Shown in pieces: positions 61,390-64,000 of a stretch of 64,000 bases of DNA. The stretch is from Blastocatellia bacterium (lineage in GTDB: Bacteria > Acidobacteriota > Blastocatellia > UBA7656). The stretch is taken from the NCBI GenBank assembly GCA_963765495.1, contig CAVXWP010000001.1, positions 768,001 through 832,000 on the forward strand, in the 5' to 3' direction. A program made the translations under genes and the position numbers. The notes beneath the pieces were generated by a model. It ran no database searches, was not told the origin of the DNA, and saw nothing but the letters and a program-made list of their open reading frames with translations. Position 1 is the first letter of the stretch. Each line of letters starts with the position of its first letter.

Positions 61390-61670
61390 CCAGCTCTACC
61401 CTGGATTATTCAATCTGGGGGGTGAACCGTTTTCCGTAAACTTGAAGTCTGCCGTAGAAAAACAGCGCCTAGAGAATAACGTCTGACCTTCGATTTGTCA
61501 TCAGACCAGAGGAGAGGATTTGGCTACAACTTTCGATCTAAGCAGAGGTAATACTGTGCGGGATTCGAGATTTGAGATCTGAAATTTGAGACCTGATCCC
61601 CGAGTTTGAAATTTTCTCTTTAAAAGAAAACAGGTCTTTACCTTACGCCTCACGCATCACGTCTCACGCA

Positions 61671-62588
61671 TCAATGCGTGGTTTTTGGCTTTAAGCTTTC
61701 GATAAAATCGCGGTCTTTCGTCCCCTGATGACAGACCATGCAGGATTGCTGGCCTCGCTCTTCGAGGTCGCTCACGAGCGCGTAGGTCAATCCGCGATCC
61801 GACCAGGTCATCACTTTCAGCCCGTCTATCGAATCGTAATGAAATGTGATCCCCTTTGAGGTTATCTCTTCGCCGCCCGACGGGTGCGCTACGGTGGCCG
61901 AAGTGACTACGAGGCTGATGGGGCGCTGCCGCATCTGGTAGGCGACATAAGCGGCATAATCGTTTTTGAAACCTACAAGCCGCGCGCCTTCCAGTTGATA
62001 AAGTTTTTCCTGCCCGGATGATTCCTGATACGCGGGCAGCCTGAAACTGAACGGGACTTTGCCCTTGAACCAGTCGGATATTTCTTCAGGCGAGAGGCTC
62101 GCGATCTCAAGTGGAAGCTGACCTCGCAGGTGTCTGAGGTGAGTGTCTACGGCCATGACGGCGAACTCTGATGGGGGGAGCGGGCGCGAGATATCTTTGC
62201 GGTTGATGCCCGCCCAGATGCCAAGCGCAGCGAGGACGACAAGCAAAACGGCAAGCACCGCCACCTGGCGGGCATAGCGGAATCGGGACGCGAAGGGCGC
62301 GCCTCGCCGGACCGCTTTCTGCACGCGACGGCGCAGCCCGGAAGGTGCCGTATAGGTCGGCTCTGCCTTATCCAGTAGCTGCTCTACTCGGGCGCGAAGC
62401 TCGGGCGGGGCCTCGTGAAGTGGGCGTGACTGCCGTATGTTTTCCAGAAAGCGCCGTTCATCTTCTATCGCAGCGCGACAGGCGGCGCACTGGCTGAGGT
62501 GCGACTGAAAACTGGCAAGCTCGCTGCCGCGCAATTCGTCGTCCAGATAAAATGCCATCCGTCCGTGATTTTCTTCACATTGATTCAT
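61671..62588 (-). CDS. Zinc-finger (zf-HC2) anti-sigma factor with TM and C-terminal CxxCH
   Basis: YLDDEL...HLSQCAAC, one TM, LEGARL...YALVSDL and CMVCH. Confidence 0.88.
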   Translation of the reverse strand: MNQCEENHGRMAFYLDDELRGSELASFQSHLSQCAACRAAIEDERRFLENIRQSRPLHEAPPELRARVEQLLDKAEPTYTAPSGLRRRVQKAVRRGAPFASRFRYARQVAVLAVLLVVLAALGIWAGINRKDISRPLPPSEFAVMAVDTHLRHLRGQLPLEIASLSPEEISDWFKGKVPFSFRLPAYQESSGQEKLYQLEGARLVGFKNDYAAYVAYQMRQRPISLVVTSATVAHPSGGEEITSKGITFHYDSIDGLKVMTWSDRGLTYALVSDLEERGQQSCMVCHQGTKDRDFIESLKPKTTH

Positions 62589-62630
62589 AGCACTTCGATA
62601 CACCCTCTCGTCCGAACGAGTCAATTTGAT

Positions 62631-63203
62631 TCAGGCTCTTTTCGCGTGCAGAGGTTTCGGCTCTCTTCCACTTTGCCACTGATAAAGCAGTTGCCTGAGT
62701 TTCTCTCTGGCCCGTCCAAGTCGGCTCATCACTGTTCCGGCGGGGCACTCCAGAATGCCCGCTATTTGCTGATAACTGAAGCCTTCGATATCGCGCAGGA
62801 CGATGACCTCGCGATATAGATCGGGCAGACTCGCAATCGCATCCCGCATCTCTTCGCGCTCCACCTTGCTGACATAGACCGCGTACGGGTCGCACGCTTT
62901 CTGGTCAAGCCACCACGACTCGTTCTCTGCTTCGGAATCGAGTTCGACAAACTGGGGTCCGCTCCGATGATGGCGAAGCTGGTTGAGCCAGATGTTTCGC
63001 ATGATGGCAAAAAGCCAGCTCTTGAGATTGCTGTCAGGCATCAACTGCCCAAATGCTCGAACGGCCCTCAGATACGTCTCTTGCACGAGGTCTTCCGCTT
63101 CGGTCCGATCACGGGTGAGCGTCATGGCAAATCCATAGAGCGGATCGAGGTGCGCGAGCGCCGCCTGAGAAAACTCCGATGTGCGCATATTGGATTTGCT
63201 CAT
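62631..63203 (-). CDS. ECF RNA polymerase sigma factor
   Basis: AEDLVQETYLRA, KSWLFAIMRNIW and FSYQQIAGILECPAGTVMSRLGRAR. Confidence 0.95.
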   Translation of the reverse strand: MSKSNMRTSEFSQAALAHLDPLYGFAMTLTRDRTEAEDLVQETYLRAVRAFGQLMPDSNLKSWLFAIMRNIWLNQLRHHRSGPQFVELDSEAENESWWLDQKACDPYAVYVSKVEREEMRDAIASLPDLYREVIVLRDIEGFSYQQIAGILECPAGTVMSRLGRAREKLRQLLYQWQSGREPKPLHAKRA

Positions 63204-63243
63204 ATCAGGATTATCCGTATCGCGATTTCCGCGACCTCTTAAT

Positions 63244-63270
63244 ATAACACGCTACGGGCCGAAATATTCC
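63244..63270 (-). promoter_or_regulatory. Putative ECF promoter of the sigma/anti-sigma operon
   Basis: GGAATA-N12-GCGTGTTAT on the minus strand. Confidence 0.65.
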
Positions 63271-63307
63271 CGGTCTGGCAGTTTTTCCGCCACAGCGAAA
63301 TAGGCGT

Positions 63308-63334
63308 GGAATAAATCCGGGCCTCGCGTGTTAT
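63308..63334 (+). promoter_or_regulatory. Putative ECF promoter of the cytochrome c peroxidase gene
   Basis: GGAATA-N12-GCGTGTTAT on the plus strand. Confidence 0.65.
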
Positions 63335-63519
63335 TACAGGTGCGGCCGAATTATTAAAGCGGCACAAGGCCGAAATCAAGCAACTCAATTCTACTGACAT
63401 TGCGCCCTTGCGCTATTCAAGAGAGGGCATTTTTACAATACGCTGCGAATATGCAGGCGTGCGAAAGTGGGCAAAGAGAGGCGTGAGACTCCCTTGCCAT
63501 GAGAATCAGGAGGAAGCAG

Positions 63520-64000
63520 ATGACCAAGATAGCTGGTTTACGGCGGCGGCTGTTGATGAAGCTTGTGGCGCTCGCGCTCTTTTCGGCAGCAGCGGCAGCC
63601 CTGATGAGCGGCGGCGGAAGTCGACATCAAGTGGAAGCAGCCGCGCCGCAGGTGAAGAAGTTTCAGATGAAAGTTCCTCTGGGATTGCCTGCCGATATGT
63701 GGGAGGCGATGGTGCCGCCGAGTAATCCCATTACCGAAGAGAAGGTCGCCCTGGGCGAAAAGCTCTATTTCGACAAGCGCCTTTCAGTTGACCGCACGGT
63801 CAGTTGTGCTACCTGTCACGACCCGGCTACGGCGCTCGCCGATCACAACATGGTCGGCGTAGGCATCGAGAACAAAAAAGGTGCGCGCAATTCGCCCACC
63901 GTACTCAACGCCATGTTCAATGAGGCGCAGTTCTGGGACGGACGCGCTCCTTCGCTTGAAGAACAGTCGAAACTCCCTATCATCAACTCGGTCGAGATGG
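63520..64000 (+). CDS. Di-heme cytochrome c peroxidase (CcpA/MauG family), 3' truncated (not in ORF track)
   Basis: Manual translation gives NPITEEKVALGEKLYFDKRLS...VSCATCHDP...RNSPTVLNA...QFWDGRAPSLEEQ; AGGAGG RBS. Confidence 0.93.
   Translation, partial: MTKIAGLRRRLLMKLVALALFSAAAAALMSGGGSRHQVEAAAPQVKKFQMKVPLGLPADMWEAMVPPSNPITEEKVALGEKLYFDKRLSVDRTVSCATCHDPATALADHNMVGVGIENKKGARNSPTVLNAMFNEAQFWDGRAPSLEEQSKLPIINSVEM

Noticed and set aside
1-64000. tRNA, rRNA, prophage or defence genes
   Set aside because: None were recognised by eye; a tRNAscan/Rfam run would be needed to exclude small RNAs fully.

Overview
A 64-kb bacterial window of moderately high GC. Gene content (Oar-type TonB-dependent receptors, ECF sigma/anti-sigma pairs, DUF4252 proteins) suggests Acidobacteriota, but that is an inference. 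From left to right: lutB/lutC; an FHA-TPR-receiver protein with an mtlD-like dehydrogenase; a Cys-rich RAPP-ended leader ORF, a TonB-dependent receptor and a BNR protein; glpK, a CNNM/CorC protein, an M28 peptidase and a LeuB-like dehydrogenase; an 11-kb cluster of unknown function (16.4-27.5 kb); a Wzy-dependent exopolysaccharide locus interrupted by a dead IS5-family element and a divergent sigma-like regulator; LuxR and PqqD-like genes; a sigma54 promoter with a structured RNA and two microproteins; RDD, an ABC1 kinase and an ECF/DUF4252 operon; a probable AhpD/CMD selenoprotein, an APC permease and a second TonB-dependent receptor; an ECF sigma/anti-sigma pair divergent from a cytochrome c peroxidase. 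The strongest candidate for an undescribed system is the 16.4-27.5 kb cluster. It has four ATP-grasp paralogs whose motifs look more like ITPK1-type inositol-phosphate kinases than RimK ligases, an MFS transporter, a Zn-ribbon-FHA-FHA-pseudokinase-MFS fusion and two secreted beta-propeller proteins. All family calls come from reading motifs by eye; no searches were run.
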